A DNA stretch of 52,034 bases from an uncultured Bacteroidales bacterium (GCA_964389125.1 CAYMDX010000001.1:1-52034), one strand, 5' to 3'. Shown: positions 27,663-38,043, counted from the stretch's first letter. The notes: generated by a model from the sequence alone, not told the origin. Numbers and translations are program-made.

Positions 27663-30065
27663 TCAAAAGAGAAAAATGATGCCGATACTTGGCAGAACGT
27701 TTCCGATGCTGTTTTGCAATGTCTCCAGCTCATACCGCTCCACACCATCATCATCCTCGTAAACAATCGGGTTGCCTGCTACGTCTTCCTTACGCACCAG
27801 GTTCGGCGCCAGTGTAGATTCAAAGTTATAGATATTTTGTACATCCAGGTAGAGCATGAGCGAAAAGTTGTTGAAGAAAAATTGTTTATCCACCCGCAGA
27901 TCAAGCTGGTGGAAAGCCGGTAAACGTTCGCTGTTGAAGCGGTCAAAGTCTCTATAGCCCATACCTTGTGCGTCCCATGCGTCAACCCTGCTTGATCGTT
28001 CTACATCATACGGGGTGTAAGGAGTTCCACCGCTGATCCGCCACTTAAAACCAATTTCCCAGTTGTTAGGCAGTTCCCTGAGTCCTGTAAAATTTACAAT
28101 ATGGCGATTATCCCAGGCCGAGGGAATATAATCGTCACGGGTATCTTTAAATTCACTGCGCACAAGGGTATAAGCCAGAATGACATTCCAGTTGAGCAGA
28201 TCCTGGTTACGATAAAGGACTTCCATGCCAAATGCCCGACCCTCGCCGGTTGACCTGACCTCCTCACCACCAACAATGCCAAAATCGGCAGACTGGCTTC
28301 CGAGCGCTATTGAGTCGCTGACGGAAAAAGGATAATTGTTGTATTGTTTATAAAAACCTTCAACACTCACCTTGCTTTGGGGATCAGGCAACAGCTCAAC
28401 ACCAGCCACCAGGTGATCCGCCGAAATGTAGGACAGGTCATTTTCGCGATTTACGAGTACACCCTGGTTGTCGCGAAATCCGAGCGTTGTATAAGCCGGC
28501 AACTGAAAAAAGCGGCCTGTATTGAAATTCAGAAACAGATTCTCACGTAGTTCATAGGACGCTGATAACCTTGGTGATATCTGATCCAACAAGTTGGACA
28601 TTTCGGAAGAGTAGTTATTGGCATCACTTCTTACGCCGAATGAAAGGGTTAACCGTTCATTTAGAACACGGCGTGTTACCTGTCCGAACAGTTGCCATTT
28701 AAACATATCCAGGTTTGTTTCATAGGCAATGGTATCTAACTGATTTAAACGAAAAACCTGTTGAAACGTATCATTTTTATACCTGGCAAATTCGCTACCT
28801 GCCCCGACATTCAGTCTGTACTCACCAAAGTTGAGGGTACGTTCATACCTGAATTTGTTTTCGATCTCATCCGAGGTATAGTCAAAGATTCGGTCAAGGT
28901 CTTCATTGTTTCCGGGATATTTATAGGCCATGTTCCGAAGCATGTTTCTGCTGAGCACCCAACGTTCGGTACCGTTGTCTTTAAAGCGCCGCAGAACAGC
29001 TCCTAATGCATAATTCCATTGCTCGTTTACCGGCAACGAATTGAGGATAAAACGTTGCTCTCTTGTTTCGTTCAGGTCCAGGTTCAGATCAAACTGGTCA
29101 ATGGCTCCCAGCCCGATAAAGCTCAATGTTGTATTGTTATCAATCCTGGTATTGGTTTTAAATTGAAAACCATTATAAGTCGGAAGGAAAGGCAATCCGA
29201 CCACGTCAAACAAAACTTGCAGGTACGATCGCCTGGCAGATGCGATGAAGGTGGTTTTGGAGCTGATCGGACCATCTGCCGTCAAGGCAGCATCACTGGC
29301 TCCGATCGTGGTTTGAAAGTTTACCCTGTCGCTGTTTCCGTTTACCTGCCGGAATTCAAAAACAGAGCTTAAAGCATTTCCGCGATTGGCCGGAAAAGCA
29401 CCGGAATACATCTCTACTTCCCGGATAAAATCGGTGTTCAGGATGCCGACAGGACCACCACTTGCGCCCTGGGTGGCAAAATGATTAATGTTGGGAATCT
29501 CCACACCATCCAGGAAAAAACTGTTTTCTGCCGGGCCACCACCCCTGATGATCACATCATTACGGAAAGCGGGGGTGGAGGCTACCCCGGGCAGATTTTG
29601 TATCACCCGGGAAATATCCCTGTTAGCACCCGGACTGCGTTCAATTTCCTTAATTCCCAAACGGCGAAGCGATACAGGACTTTCTTCACTTCGCTCAAAC
29701 TGGGATACGGTTATTTCTACCACATCGAGTTCTACACTTTCTTCCCGCAAAGCAATGTCAACATTGGCCGTGCGGTTGCCCGTAACCATAATCTCACTGC
29801 TTAACCGGGTTTCATAGCCAACAGCGGATGCCCTCAAACGAAGAAAACCCGGTTCAATTCCCGTAAACAAAAATTCTCCGTCCATATCGGAAGTGCTTCC
29901 AATATTCGTACCGTCTATAACAATGTTTACAAAAGGCAGCCCTTCATTGGTTTCGGCATCGTAGACACGCCCGGAAATTCTGCCTTGCTGGGCCATGGTT
30001 ATTGCCGGTAAAAAAACCACGACCATCAGTAAAATTACTGTAATACAAATTGTTTGTCTACCCAT
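27663..30065 (-). CDS. TonB-dependent receptor with N-terminal carboxypeptidase-regulatory-like domain
   Basis: ATG at 30065 (the ORF-track start at 30074 is TTG). Signal peptide, then ISGRVYDAETNEGLPFVNIVIDGTNIGSTSDMDGEF, plug motifs (VIIRGGGPAENSFFLDGVEIPN), and a C-terminal ...GIIFLF. Confidence 0.88.
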   Translation of the reverse strand: MGRQTICITVILLMVVVFLPAITMAQQGRISGRVYDAETNEGLPFVNIVIDGTNIGSTSDMDGEFLFTGIEPGFLRLRASAVGYETRLSSEIMVTGNRTANVDIALREESVELDVVEITVSQFERSEESPVSLRRLGIKEIERSPGANRDISRVIQNLPGVASTPAFRNDVIIRGGGPAENSFFLDGVEIPNINHFATQGASGGPVGILNTDFIREVEMYSGAFPANRGNALSSVFEFRQVNGNSDRVNFQTTIGASDAALTADGPISSKTTFIASARRSYLQVLFDVVGLPFLPTYNGFQFKTNTRIDNNTTLSFIGLGAIDQFDLNLDLNETREQRFILNSLPVNEQWNYALGAVLRRFKDNGTERWVLSRNMLRNMAYKYPGNNEDLDRIFDYTSDEIENKFRYERTLNFGEYRLNVGAGSEFARYKNDTFQQVFRLNQLDTIAYETNLDMFKWQLFGQVTRRVLNERLTLSFGVRSDANNYSSEMSNLLDQISPRLSASYELRENLFLNFNTGRFFQLPAYTTLGFRDNQGVLVNRENDLSYISADHLVAGVELLPDPQSKVSVEGFYKQYNNYPFSVSDSIALGSQSADFGIVGGEEVRSTGEGRAFGMEVLYRNQDLLNWNVILAYTLVRSEFKDTRDDYIPSAWDNRHIVNFTGLRELPNNWEIGFKWRISGGTPYTPYDVERSSRVDAWDAQGMGYRDFDRFNSERLPAFHQLDLRVDKQFFFNNFSLMLYLDVQNIYNFESTLAPNLVRKEDVAGNPIVYEDDDGVERYELETLQNSIGNVLPSIGIIFLF

Positions 30066-30272
30066 AACGATCAATCAGAACCTGGAAATAAAGGAAATAG
30101 TTCGTGTATTATTGTGTGTTTAATAATATAGCCCTATAACTACAACAACAAATAAAACCTTATTTATGTTTAGTCTACCTATATCATCAAAATATAGACA
30201 GATTTTCTTACAAAAGAAAAATTTAATCGTAATTTAGCCACATAATACTTTCATTTTCAAAAAAACAAAGCT

Positions 30273-30989
30273 ATGTCAGGTACAATCTCAGGGAGGTCCT
30301 TTGTTGGCCTCTTATTCATTGTAGTAGGAGCCATACTTTTACTCCGTTTCGCAGGTATTTCTCTGCCGGTAGATATACCATCCTATCTGATATCGTGGCA
30401 GATGATCCTGGTGGTCCTCGGGATCTATTTTATGACCACCCGGGAAAACAAAAACACAGGTCTGATTTTGTTATTGATCGGAGGTGTTTTTTTAGCCAGG
30501 GACATTTTTTCCATTCCCATACGGGACTTTATCCGGATGGCTATTCCGGTTATCCTTTTAATCGCAGGTGTGGCACTTCTTTTTCCACGAAGGTGGTTTA
30601 AAAAAAAAGATGTAGACCCGCTCAATGAAACAGGAGATGGCAACACAAGTGGTAACAGGGCATTTTTTATGTTTAGCGATGGGAAAAGACATATCTCCTC
30701 AGAAGACACCATGGCGGGAGAAGTTACCTGTATATTTGGCGGCGCGGATGTTTTTTTTGATGATACCCAACAGAAAGGGGTAGAAAAAGTACTATATGTT
30801 TCCTGCATTTTCGCAGGTTGTGATATTCACGTTCCGGATGGCTGGACTGTCAATACGGCTGTCACTTCCCTTTTTGCCGGCGTGGATGACAAACGAAAAA
30901 TTGCTGCTCATGGGGATAATGCGGCCGGAAACACCCTGACCATTCGCGGCACCCTGTTATTTAGCGGATTAGATATCAAGCAAGCCTAA
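30273..30989 (+). CDS. LiaF-like membrane protein (cell-wall-active antibiotic response family, tentative)
   Basis: 238 aa. Four N-terminal hydrophobic helices, then a C-terminal beta-rich region CIFGGADVFF...CIFAGCDIHVPDGWTV...SLFAGVDD resembling the LiaF C-terminal domain. Confidence 0.55.
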   Translation: MSGTISGRSFVGLLFIVVGAILLLRFAGISLPVDIPSYLISWQMILVVLGIYFMTTRENKNTGLILLLIGGVFLARDIFSIPIRDFIRMAIPVILLIAGVALLFPRRWFKKKDVDPLNETGDGNTSGNRAFFMFSDGKRHISSEDTMAGEVTCIFGGADVFFDDTQQKGVEKVLYVSCIFAGCDIHVPDGWTVNTAVTSLFAGVDDKRKIAAHGDNAAGNTLTIRGTLLFSGLDIKQA

Positions 30990-31011
30990 GGTAAATTAAG
31001 GATTTTTGGGA

Positions 31012-31041
31012 TTTGTAAAATGCCAAAAATTCTTATCTTTG
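31012..31041 (+). promoter_or_regulatory. Bacteroidota-type promoter (TTTG -33, TAtcTTTG -7) for bamD
   Basis: TTTG at 31012-31015 and TATCTTTG at 31034-31041, with an 18-nt spacer. Confidence 0.5.
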
Positions 31042-31105
31042 CGCCCTGTCAGCTGTAAAACACACAGCCAAAATATTTCTTTTACACTAATCAGGAAGGT
31101 TGTTC

Positions 31106-31930
31106 ATGTCGTTAATAAAGCGAATCACCACGATATCAGGTATTTTATTGTTCTTGTTTGTTGTGCAGTCCTGCAGTGAGTATCAGCGATTGTTGCAAAG
31201 TGATGATTACGAGCTTAAATATGAAAGGGCCCTTGAGTATTATGAAGATGAAAACTATGACCGGGCCATTGCCTTACTGTCAGATGTGATTCATGTTTAC
31301 AGGGGAACTGCTGAAGCAGAAACGATCAATTATTATTTTGCCAAAGCACATTTCCATCAGGGGCAATATGCACTTGCAAGTCATTATTTTAAGTCATTTG
31401 TTGAATCATTTCCACGAAGTGAACATGCCGAGGAATTTTTGTACCTTAGTGCATATTGTCAATACCTTGAATCACCCAGGCACTCACTGGATCAGACAAG
31501 CAGCAGGCAGGCCATACGGGAACTTCAAAACTTCATAAATCGCTACCCAAACAGTGACAGGGTGGCAGATGCAAATGAGCTGATTGATGAATTACGGTTA
31601 AAATTGGAAACCAAAAGGTTTGAAAAGGGTAAACTGTACATGAATATTTCAGACTATGTGGCGGCTGCCACTACGTTTGAGACAATGATAAAAGATTTTC
31701 CGGATAGCAAATTCAGGGAAGAAGCAACATATCTGATCATTGAGGCCTATTATGAGTATGCCTATAACAGTGTTCGCCGGCGTCAGGAAGAGCGTTATGA
31801 AGATGTTTTGGATGCTTTTACCAATTTTGTCGAACGTTATCCCGAAAGTGAATATTTGCCTGAGGCCAGACGATTAAAAGAAAATGCAGAAAATGCTATT
31901 GAGCAGCTTGCTGAACAACGTAACAATTAG
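31106..31930 (+). CDS. bamD: Outer membrane protein assembly factor BamD (TPR lipoprotein)
   Basis: ATG at 31106 (the ORF-track start at 31100 is TTG). Signal plus lipobox LFLFVVQSC, TPR-like repeats, and the conserved position upstream of rpoZ-coaBC. Confidence 0.8.
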   Translation: MSLIKRITTISGILLFLFVVQSCSEYQRLLQSDDYELKYERALEYYEDENYDRAIALLSDVIHVYRGTAEAETINYYFAKAHFHQGQYALASHYFKSFVESFPRSEHAEEFLYLSAYCQYLESPRHSLDQTSSRQAIRELQNFINRYPNSDRVADANELIDELRLKLETKRFEKGKLYMNISDYVAAATTFETMIKDFPDSKFREEATYLIIEAYYEYAYNSVRRRQEERYEDVLDAFTNFVERYPESEYLPEARRLKENAENAIEQLAEQRNN

Positions 31931-31957
31931 AAACAACCGATAACAATACGAAATAAG

Positions 31958-32290
31958 ATGGACTTTAAAAACGTAAAAGCGGAGTCAACTACCGAAACGC
32001 GGGATCTGAGGAAGTTTGACAATGACACTGGCAACATTTATAAGTCAGTGGTCATCATTTCCAAACGTGCCAAGCAGGTATCCCAGGAAATGAAAGATGA
32101 GCTGAATGCAAAACTTGAAGACTTTGCCAGTTCCACGGATAACCTGGAAGAAGTATTTGAGAACCGTGAGCAAATTGAAATTGCCAAATACTACGAGCAA
32201 CTTCCCAAAGCCAGTCTTATTGCTATAAATGAGTTTCTTAACGACGAGGTGTATTTCCGGCAACCCGAAGATGAGGAGGAGCAGAAATAA
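31958..32290 (+). CDS. rpoZ: DNA-directed RNA polymerase omega subunit (Bacteroidota long form)
   Basis: 110 aa. NIYKSVVIISKRAKQVS omega-like core, acidic tail, conserved location between bamD and coaBC. Confidence 0.65.
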   Translation: MDFKNVKAESTTETRDLRKFDNDTGNIYKSVVIISKRAKQVSQEMKDELNAKLEDFASSTDNLEEVFENREQIEIAKYYEQLPKASLIAINEFLNDEVYFRQPEDEEEQK

Positions 32291-32344
32291 GTTGGCCTTT
32301 CGTTGAGACACTACCGGCCTTTTTGCTACCTTTAAAACAACGCT

Positions 32345-33550
32345 ATGTTGAAAGGTAAAAAAATCATAATCGGCATCTCAGGGGGTATTGCAGCCTATAA
32401 AGCCGCCACCCTGATACGGCTTTTTAAAAAAGCTGATGCCGAGGTTAAAGTTGTCGGAACACCCAACGCTTTTTGGTTTATTACCCGCGTTACCCTTGAA
32501 TCGCTCTCGGAGAACAAGGTATACGATCAGGTGTTTGGCGAACAGAATGATTATACCACCGAACATGTTTCATTAACCGACTGGGGAGATGTGTTTGTTG
32601 TGGCACCGGCCACGGCCAACATCATCGGAAAATATGCCAACGGTATTGCAGATGATGCATTGAGTACATCTTTAATGGCATTCAACAAAAAGGTGTTTGT
32701 TGCCCCGGCGATGAATTGCAAGATGTATGACCATTTTGCCGTGAGAAACAACCTTGCCATCCTTCAGCAACAGGACATCGAAATCATTGAACCGGATAAG
32801 GGCTACCTGGCCTGTGGCTATGAAGGCCGTGGACGTATGGAAGAGCCGGAGGCCATTTTTTCGGTTGTAAGCCGCTACCTCCAAGGGGATAAGCTACCAT
32901 TACAGGGAAAACGGATCCTGGTTACCGCCGGCCCCACCCATGAAAGCATAGACCCCGTACGTTATATCGCGAACCACTCCTCTGGTAAAATGGGTTATGC
33001 ACTGGCTGATGAACTGGCAGCAAGAGGAGCCAGCGTATATTTGGTGTCCGGCCCTTCGTCGTTGACACCAGGAAAAGGCGTTGACATAAAACGCGTAACA
33101 ACAGCGGAAGAGATGTATAATGCCTGCATGGCCGTTTATGATGATTGCGATGCCGCTATCATGGCCGCGGCCGTTGCGGACTACCGCCCGGAAAAATTGG
33201 TCAGTCAGAAGATCAAGAAAACCGATAAAGCTTCAGGCATGGAGCTAAAGCTGGTACCGACAAGGGATATTCTGGCCGCCCTGGGAGCTGCAAAAAAAGA
33301 TCAGGTATTGGCTGGTTTTGCCCTGGAAACAGATGACGAAGAAGCAAATGCCAAACAAAAGGTATCCAACAAAAATCTCGACTTTGTTGTCTTAAACTCA
33401 CTCAAGGATGAAGGTGCTGCATTTATGCATGATACCAACAAGATCACCATCATAGACAATAAAAATGAAATTACCCGTTATTCTTTAAAAAAGAAAGAAG
33501 ATGCTGCCGGAGATATAGCCGATACCCTTGAGAAACATTTGTGCCCATGA
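32345..33550 (+). CDS. coaBC: Bifunctional phosphopantothenoylcysteine decarboxylase / synthetase
   Basis: 401 aa. Flavoprotein motif GISGGIAAYKA, PAMNCKMY, and a C-terminal CoaB domain (VTAGPTHESIDPVRYIANHSSGKMG). Confidence 0.93.
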   Translation: MLKGKKIIIGISGGIAAYKAATLIRLFKKADAEVKVVGTPNAFWFITRVTLESLSENKVYDQVFGEQNDYTTEHVSLTDWGDVFVVAPATANIIGKYANGIADDALSTSLMAFNKKVFVAPAMNCKMYDHFAVRNNLAILQQQDIEIIEPDKGYLACGYEGRGRMEEPEAIFSVVSRYLQGDKLPLQGKRILVTAGPTHESIDPVRYIANHSSGKMGYALADELAARGASVYLVSGPSSLTPGKGVDIKRVTTAEEMYNACMAVYDDCDAAIMAAAVADYRPEKLVSQKIKKTDKASGMELKLVPTRDILAALGAAKKDQVLAGFALETDDEEANAKQKVSNKNLDFVVLNSLKDEGAAFMHDTNKITIIDNKNEITRYSLKKKEDAAGDIADTLEKHLCP

Positions 33551-34452
33551 TAACCAAAAAAATATTGTGTTTGCTGACCGCATTTGCGTTCATCTATTCC
33601 GTAAACGCTCAGGAGATGAACTGCCAGGTGTCGATCTCAACACCCGGCATGTCGGAAACGGAACGGCAGGTTATGCAGACCCTGCGCTCTGACCTGCGTG
33701 AGTTTATCAATGAAACCAACTGGACACCCTATGAGTTTGAAACACGCGAACGAATAGAAGCATCCATACAGATTACCATTGAAGAACGGACCGGCGGAGA
33801 TGAATATCGTGGCAGCATCCAGGTGCAGTCCCGCAGACCGATATTTGAAACATCATACGATTCTCCCGTATTCAGCCATCGTGATCAGGACTTTCAATTT
33901 CGGTACAGGGAAAACCAACCACTTGAATATGCAGAGAACTCTTTTCAGTCAAATCTGACCTCAGTGATTGCCTATTACGTGTATATCATTATCGGGTTTG
34001 ATTTTGATACCTTTGTGGAGATGGGTGGCACACCTTATTTTGACAAGGCCCAACAGATTGTAAATCAAGCACAAAATACCAATGAGCCGGGCTGGAAATC
34101 ATTTGAGAGCCAGCGAAACCGCTACTGGCTTGTTGAAAACCTGCTGAATAACAGATATAGCGACATGAGGGCGGCGATGTACACGTATCACCGCCAGGGG
34201 TTTGATAAAATGACGGACAACATCGACCTGGCCCGCGGCGAAGTTGTTCGGGCCCTTGAACAGCTGCAACGCGCCCATCGCGAACAGCCCAACACCATGC
34301 TAATGCCGCTGATTATGCGGGCAAAAGGCGACGAGCTGGTGAACCTTTTTGAGGAAGCTCCCGCCATGGAACAAAGTGATGTCATCGACATCCTCACCGA
34401 GATCGACCCTTCAAACAGCTCCAAATACCGCCGGATTGCTGACAGTAACTGA
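33547..34452 (+). CDS. DUF4835 family protein (annotated PorD-like in some Bacteroidota; tentative)
   Basis: ATG at 33547 overlaps the coaBC TGA (ATGA). Signal peptide MITKKILCLLTAFAFIYSVNAQ. Conserved position between coaBC and recN. Confidence 0.6.
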   Translation: MITKKILCLLTAFAFIYSVNAQEMNCQVSISTPGMSETERQVMQTLRSDLREFINETNWTPYEFETRERIEASIQITIEERTGGDEYRGSIQVQSRRPIFETSYDSPVFSHRDQDFQFRYRENQPLEYAENSFQSNLTSVIAYYVYIIIGFDFDTFVEMGGTPYFDKAQQIVNQAQNTNEPGWKSFESQRNRYWLVENLLNNRYSDMRAAMYTYHRQGFDKMTDNIDLARGEVVRALEQLQRAHREQPNTMLMPLIMRAKGDELVNLFEEAPAMEQSDVIDILTEIDPSNSSKYRRIADSN

Positions 34453-34468
34453 TAAAAGTAAAGTTTGC

Positions 34469-34476
34469 TATCTTTG
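34469..34476 (+). promoter_or_regulatory. -7 box (TAtcTTTG) upstream of recN
   Basis: TATCTTTG lies 25 nt upstream of the recN ATG. Confidence 0.4.
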
Positions 34477-34501
34477 CAGGTAAACCTTATCTTTTATCTA
34501 T

Positions 34502-36166
34502 ATGCTAAAGCACCTTCTCATTGAAAATTATGCGCTGATAGAGAAGCTTGATACCGATTTTTCCGATGGACTTACGGTCATAACGGGCGAAACTGGTGCC
34601 GGAAAATCCATATTGCTTGGGGCACTTTCCCTGATCCTCGGTCAGCGGGCGGACACAGGTGTCCTGAATGACAAATCCGGGAAATGTATTATCGAAGGTA
34701 CTTTCGAACTCTCAGAAATTCCCATAAAGCCCCTCTTTGATACGTATGACCTGGATTACGATGACCATTCCATTTTTCGGCGCGAAATAACCCCGGGTGG
34801 AAAATCCCGTGCCTTTATCAATGATACACCCGTCAACTTGCAGGCCATGCGTTCCATCACGGAACACCTGATCGACATTCACTCCCAACATGAAAGCCTG
34901 CTGGTGGGCACCTCATCTTTTCAGTTTGATGTCGTCGATAGCTATGCCCATAACCTTGACCGTGTAGAACAATACCAACGCCTTTTCAAAAAATACCGCC
35001 AAAAGCAACAGGAACTTCAGGAACTAAGGGAAAAAGAACATTCAGCCAAAACCCAGCTCGACTATTTCCAATATCAATACGAAGAACTGGAAAAGGCAGC
35101 GCCTGACGCCGGCGAATTTCAGCAAATGGAGTCTGAGATGACCATTATCAAACATGCTGAAGAAATCAAATATGCCCTGGAAAAAGCGACTTACCTCTTT
35201 AAAAATGCCGAGGTTAACGTGCTTGACGCCCTTCATGAAATCATTGCTTTGCTTAAACCGCTCGAGCAGTTTGGTGATAACTACCGGGAACTGGCAGCAC
35301 GCATTGAATCGCTGGCTATCGAAGCAAAAGACATCGCCGAAGAAACAGAACACCAGCAGGATGAAGTCTCCTATAACCCTGAGCATGCATCTAAAATGGA
35401 GGCCAGACTCGACTCAATCAATAAATTGCTGATGAAGCACAACGTTAACGACGTTAATGAGCTGATTCAAATCAAAGAATCCTATGGACAAAAAATCAAC
35501 GAAACCACCTCTCTGGAGAACCGCATAGAAGACTTGTCAAAAGAAGTTGATGAAATGGCAGACTCGCTGAAAGTGCAGGCATCTGAGATCTCATCTGTAA
35601 GAGAAAGTGCCATACCCCACATCAAACAAGAAGTTCTGTCCCTGCTCAAAGACCTTGGAATGCCGGGGGCGCAATTCGATATCCGGCAGGAGCACCTCGA
35701 ATCCCTCTCACAAAACGGAATCGACCATCTTACATTTATGTTTAATGCCAATGTAGGGGGTGAGATGAAACCTTTATCGAAAATTGCCTCGGGGGGTGAA
35801 TTATCCCGCTTTATGTTAAGCATCAAAAGCATGATCTCTCAGAAAAAATTGTTACCGACCATTATTTTTGATGAGATTGACACCGGCATATCCGGGGAAA
35901 CAAGTACCAAAGTGGCCAATATATTAGATCGCATGTCGAACAATATGCAGGTTATTACCATTACACACTTACCCCAGATTGCTTCCAGGGGGCAAACACA
36001 TATGCTTGTCTATAAATCCATTGTTGATGATATGACGCAAACGCATGTACAACTCCTCAATGAGCAGGCGCGTATAGCCGAAACTGCCAAAATGCTTGGC
36101 GGTGAAAAACCCTCAAAAGTGATGGAAGAAACCGCAAAAGAACTTATCTTTAATAAACAAAAATAG
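34502..36166 (+). CDS. recN: DNA repair protein RecN
   Basis: 554 aa. Walker A GETGAGKSILLGAL, long coiled-coil centre, SGGELSR signature and IIFDEIDTGISG Walker B. Confidence 0.93.
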   Translation: MLKHLLIENYALIEKLDTDFSDGLTVITGETGAGKSILLGALSLILGQRADTGVLNDKSGKCIIEGTFELSEIPIKPLFDTYDLDYDDHSIFRREITPGGKSRAFINDTPVNLQAMRSITEHLIDIHSQHESLLVGTSSFQFDVVDSYAHNLDRVEQYQRLFKKYRQKQQELQELREKEHSAKTQLDYFQYQYEELEKAAPDAGEFQQMESEMTIIKHAEEIKYALEKATYLFKNAEVNVLDALHEIIALLKPLEQFGDNYRELAARIESLAIEAKDIAEETEHQQDEVSYNPEHASKMEARLDSINKLLMKHNVNDVNELIQIKESYGQKINETTSLENRIEDLSKEVDEMADSLKVQASEISSVRESAIPHIKQEVLSLLKDLGMPGAQFDIRQEHLESLSQNGIDHLTFMFNANVGGEMKPLSKIASGGELSRFMLSIKSMISQKKLLPTIIFDEIDTGISGETSTKVANILDRMSNNMQVITITHLPQIASRGQTHMLVYKSIVDDMTQTHVQLLNEQARIAETAKMLGGEKPSKVMEETAKELIFNKQK

Positions 36167-36182
36167 AAACAGATTAAGATGT

Positions 36183-37031
36183 ATGAATAGTAAGCTTTTA
36201 ACTGGTAAGAGGGGCATTATATTTGGTGCACTGGATGAGAAATCCATTGCCTGGAAAGTAGCCCAAAAAGCCCATGAACAGGGCGCCGAATTTATCCTTA
36301 CCAATGCACCTATTGCGTTGCGAAAAGGAGATATCAAAACGCTCGGCGAAGAAACAAACAGCGAGGTCATACCGGCCGATGTAACAAACCTGAAAGACAT
36401 TGAACGTTTGTTTAAGGTTACCCAGAGATGCCTGGGAGGCAATGTTGACTTTATCTTACATTCGGTGGGTATGTCGCCGAATGTTCGTAAAGAAAAGCAT
36501 TATACCAATCTGGACTACAACAACATGTTGAAGACGATGGATATTTCTGCCATCTCTTTACATAAAATATTACAAACAGCCTATAAAATGGATGCCATCA
36601 ATGAATGGGGTTCTGTTGTAGCTTTGAGTTATATTGCTGCCCAGCGTACTTTTTCCAGTTATGGCGATATGGCGCAAGCCAAAGCCATGCTGGAATCGAT
36701 ATGCAGGAGTTTTGGTTATCACTACGGCATCAAAAGGAAAGTCCGCATAAACAGCGTTTCGCAATCACCTACCTACACAAGTGCAGGCAGAGGCGTCAAA
36801 GGATTCAACAGCTTCTATAACTTTGCCGGCTGCATGTCCCCATTAGGCAATGCGACTGCTGATGACTGTGCTGACTTTTGTGTAACCCTGTTTTCAGATC
36901 TGACCCGTAAGGTAACGATGCAAAACATTTACCATGATGGTGGTTATTCAAGCATGGGTATCAGTGATCAATTGATCAACGAATGTTTTATCTGCCAGGG
37001 TGATTGTCATGAACATCAATCGGATAAGTAA
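36183..37031 (+). CDS. fabI: Enoyl-[acyl-carrier-protein] reductase (NADH), FabI type
   Basis: 282 aa. GIIFGALDEKSIAW N-terminus, the Y...M..AK catalytic region (YGDMAQAKAMLES), INSVSQSP. Confidence 0.85.
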   Translation: MNSKLLTGKRGIIFGALDEKSIAWKVAQKAHEQGAEFILTNAPIALRKGDIKTLGEETNSEVIPADVTNLKDIERLFKVTQRCLGGNVDFILHSVGMSPNVRKEKHYTNLDYNNMLKTMDISAISLHKILQTAYKMDAINEWGSVVALSYIAAQRTFSSYGDMAQAKAMLESICRSFGYHYGIKRKVRINSVSQSPTYTSAGRGVKGFNSFYNFAGCMSPLGNATADDCADFCVTLFSDLTRKVTMQNIYHDGGYSSMGISDQLINECFICQGDCHEHQSDK

Positions 37032-37091
37032 AATCCATGTCCGAAGTCCGGCAATAGGAACAACTGTCGAAAGCTTTTTCAATTATTTTCA

Positions 37092-37099
37092 TATATTTG
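37092..37099 (+). promoter_or_regulatory. -7 box (TAtaTTTG) upstream of etfB
   Basis: TATATTTG lies 42 nt upstream of the etfB ATG. Confidence 0.4.
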
Positions 37100-37141
37100 C
37101 CGGACATTTTTAATACCTAACGCATACGAAAAAACAGAAAC

Positions 37142-38014
37142 ATGAGTTTCCGAATTATTGTTTTAGCCAAACAAGTGCCGGACACGCGGGATGTAGGCAA
37201 AGATGCCATGAAGGCAGACGGGACAGTTAACAGGTCGGCATTACCGGCCATCTTTAATCCGGAAGATCTACACGCCCTTGAGCAGGCACTGCGCATCAAG
37301 GAGCAACGTAAGGATGCCGAGATCATACTTTTAACCATGGGTCCGCCACGTGCTGCTGAAATTATCAGAGAGGCACTGTATCGTGGGGCCGATAAGGGGT
37401 ACCTGCTTACCGACAGAAAGTTTGCAGGCTCAGATACCCTGGCCACTTCCTACACTCTGGCGCAGGCTATCAGGAAGATGGAGCCCTATCACCTGGTCAT
37501 TGCCGGAAGGCAGGCTATCGATGGAGATACGGCACAGGTGGGACCACAGATCGGTGACAAGCTTGATTTGCCACAGGTTACCTATACAGAAGAGATTACT
37601 TCGATCAAGGATGATGAGCTGACGATCAAAAGGAGACTCGACAGAGGTACGGAAGTTGTTTCGACCCCTTTACCGGCATTATTGACCATTCACAGCTCAG
37701 CAGCCAATTGCCGGCCACGGAATGCAAAGCTTTTGATGAAATTCAAAAACGCAAAAACCGTTTCCGAGCTACAGGAGGAAACCAAAGACTATACGGAGAT
37801 GCTCACCAACAAACCTTACCTTCAAATTGAAGAATGGGGTGCGGCTGATATGGATACCAATTTCGACCAGTTAGGTTTATCGGGCTCACCTACGAAGGTT
37901 AAAAAGATCGAAAATGTTGTTTTTGCGGCCAAAGAGTCTGTTATGCTCTCCAGTGAAGATGGGGACATTGATCGCCTGATGAAAGAACTTATTGAAAGCC
38001 ACGTCGTCGGTTAA
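37142..38014 (+). CDS. etfB: Electron transfer flavoprotein beta subunit
   Basis: 290 aa. IIVLAKQVPD, NPEDLHALEQAL, IAGRQAIDGDTAQVGP. Confidence 0.9.
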   Translation: MSFRIIVLAKQVPDTRDVGKDAMKADGTVNRSALPAIFNPEDLHALEQALRIKEQRKDAEIILLTMGPPRAAEIIREALYRGADKGYLLTDRKFAGSDTLATSYTLAQAIRKMEPYHLVIAGRQAIDGDTAQVGPQIGDKLDLPQVTYTEEITSIKDDELTIKRRLDRGTEVVSTPLPALLTIHSSAANCRPRNAKLLMKFKNAKTVSELQEETKDYTEMLTNKPYLQIEEWGAADMDTNFDQLGLSGSPTKVKKIENVVFAAKESVMLSSEDGDIDRLMKELIESHVVG

Positions 38015-38043
38015 TTACTTTACCAATTGAAAATTCCTGAAAG

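Noticed and set aside
36113-36442. 109-aa minus-strand ORF spanning the recN/fabI junction
   Set aside because: It is antisense to the ends of two well-supported genes and shows no motifs.
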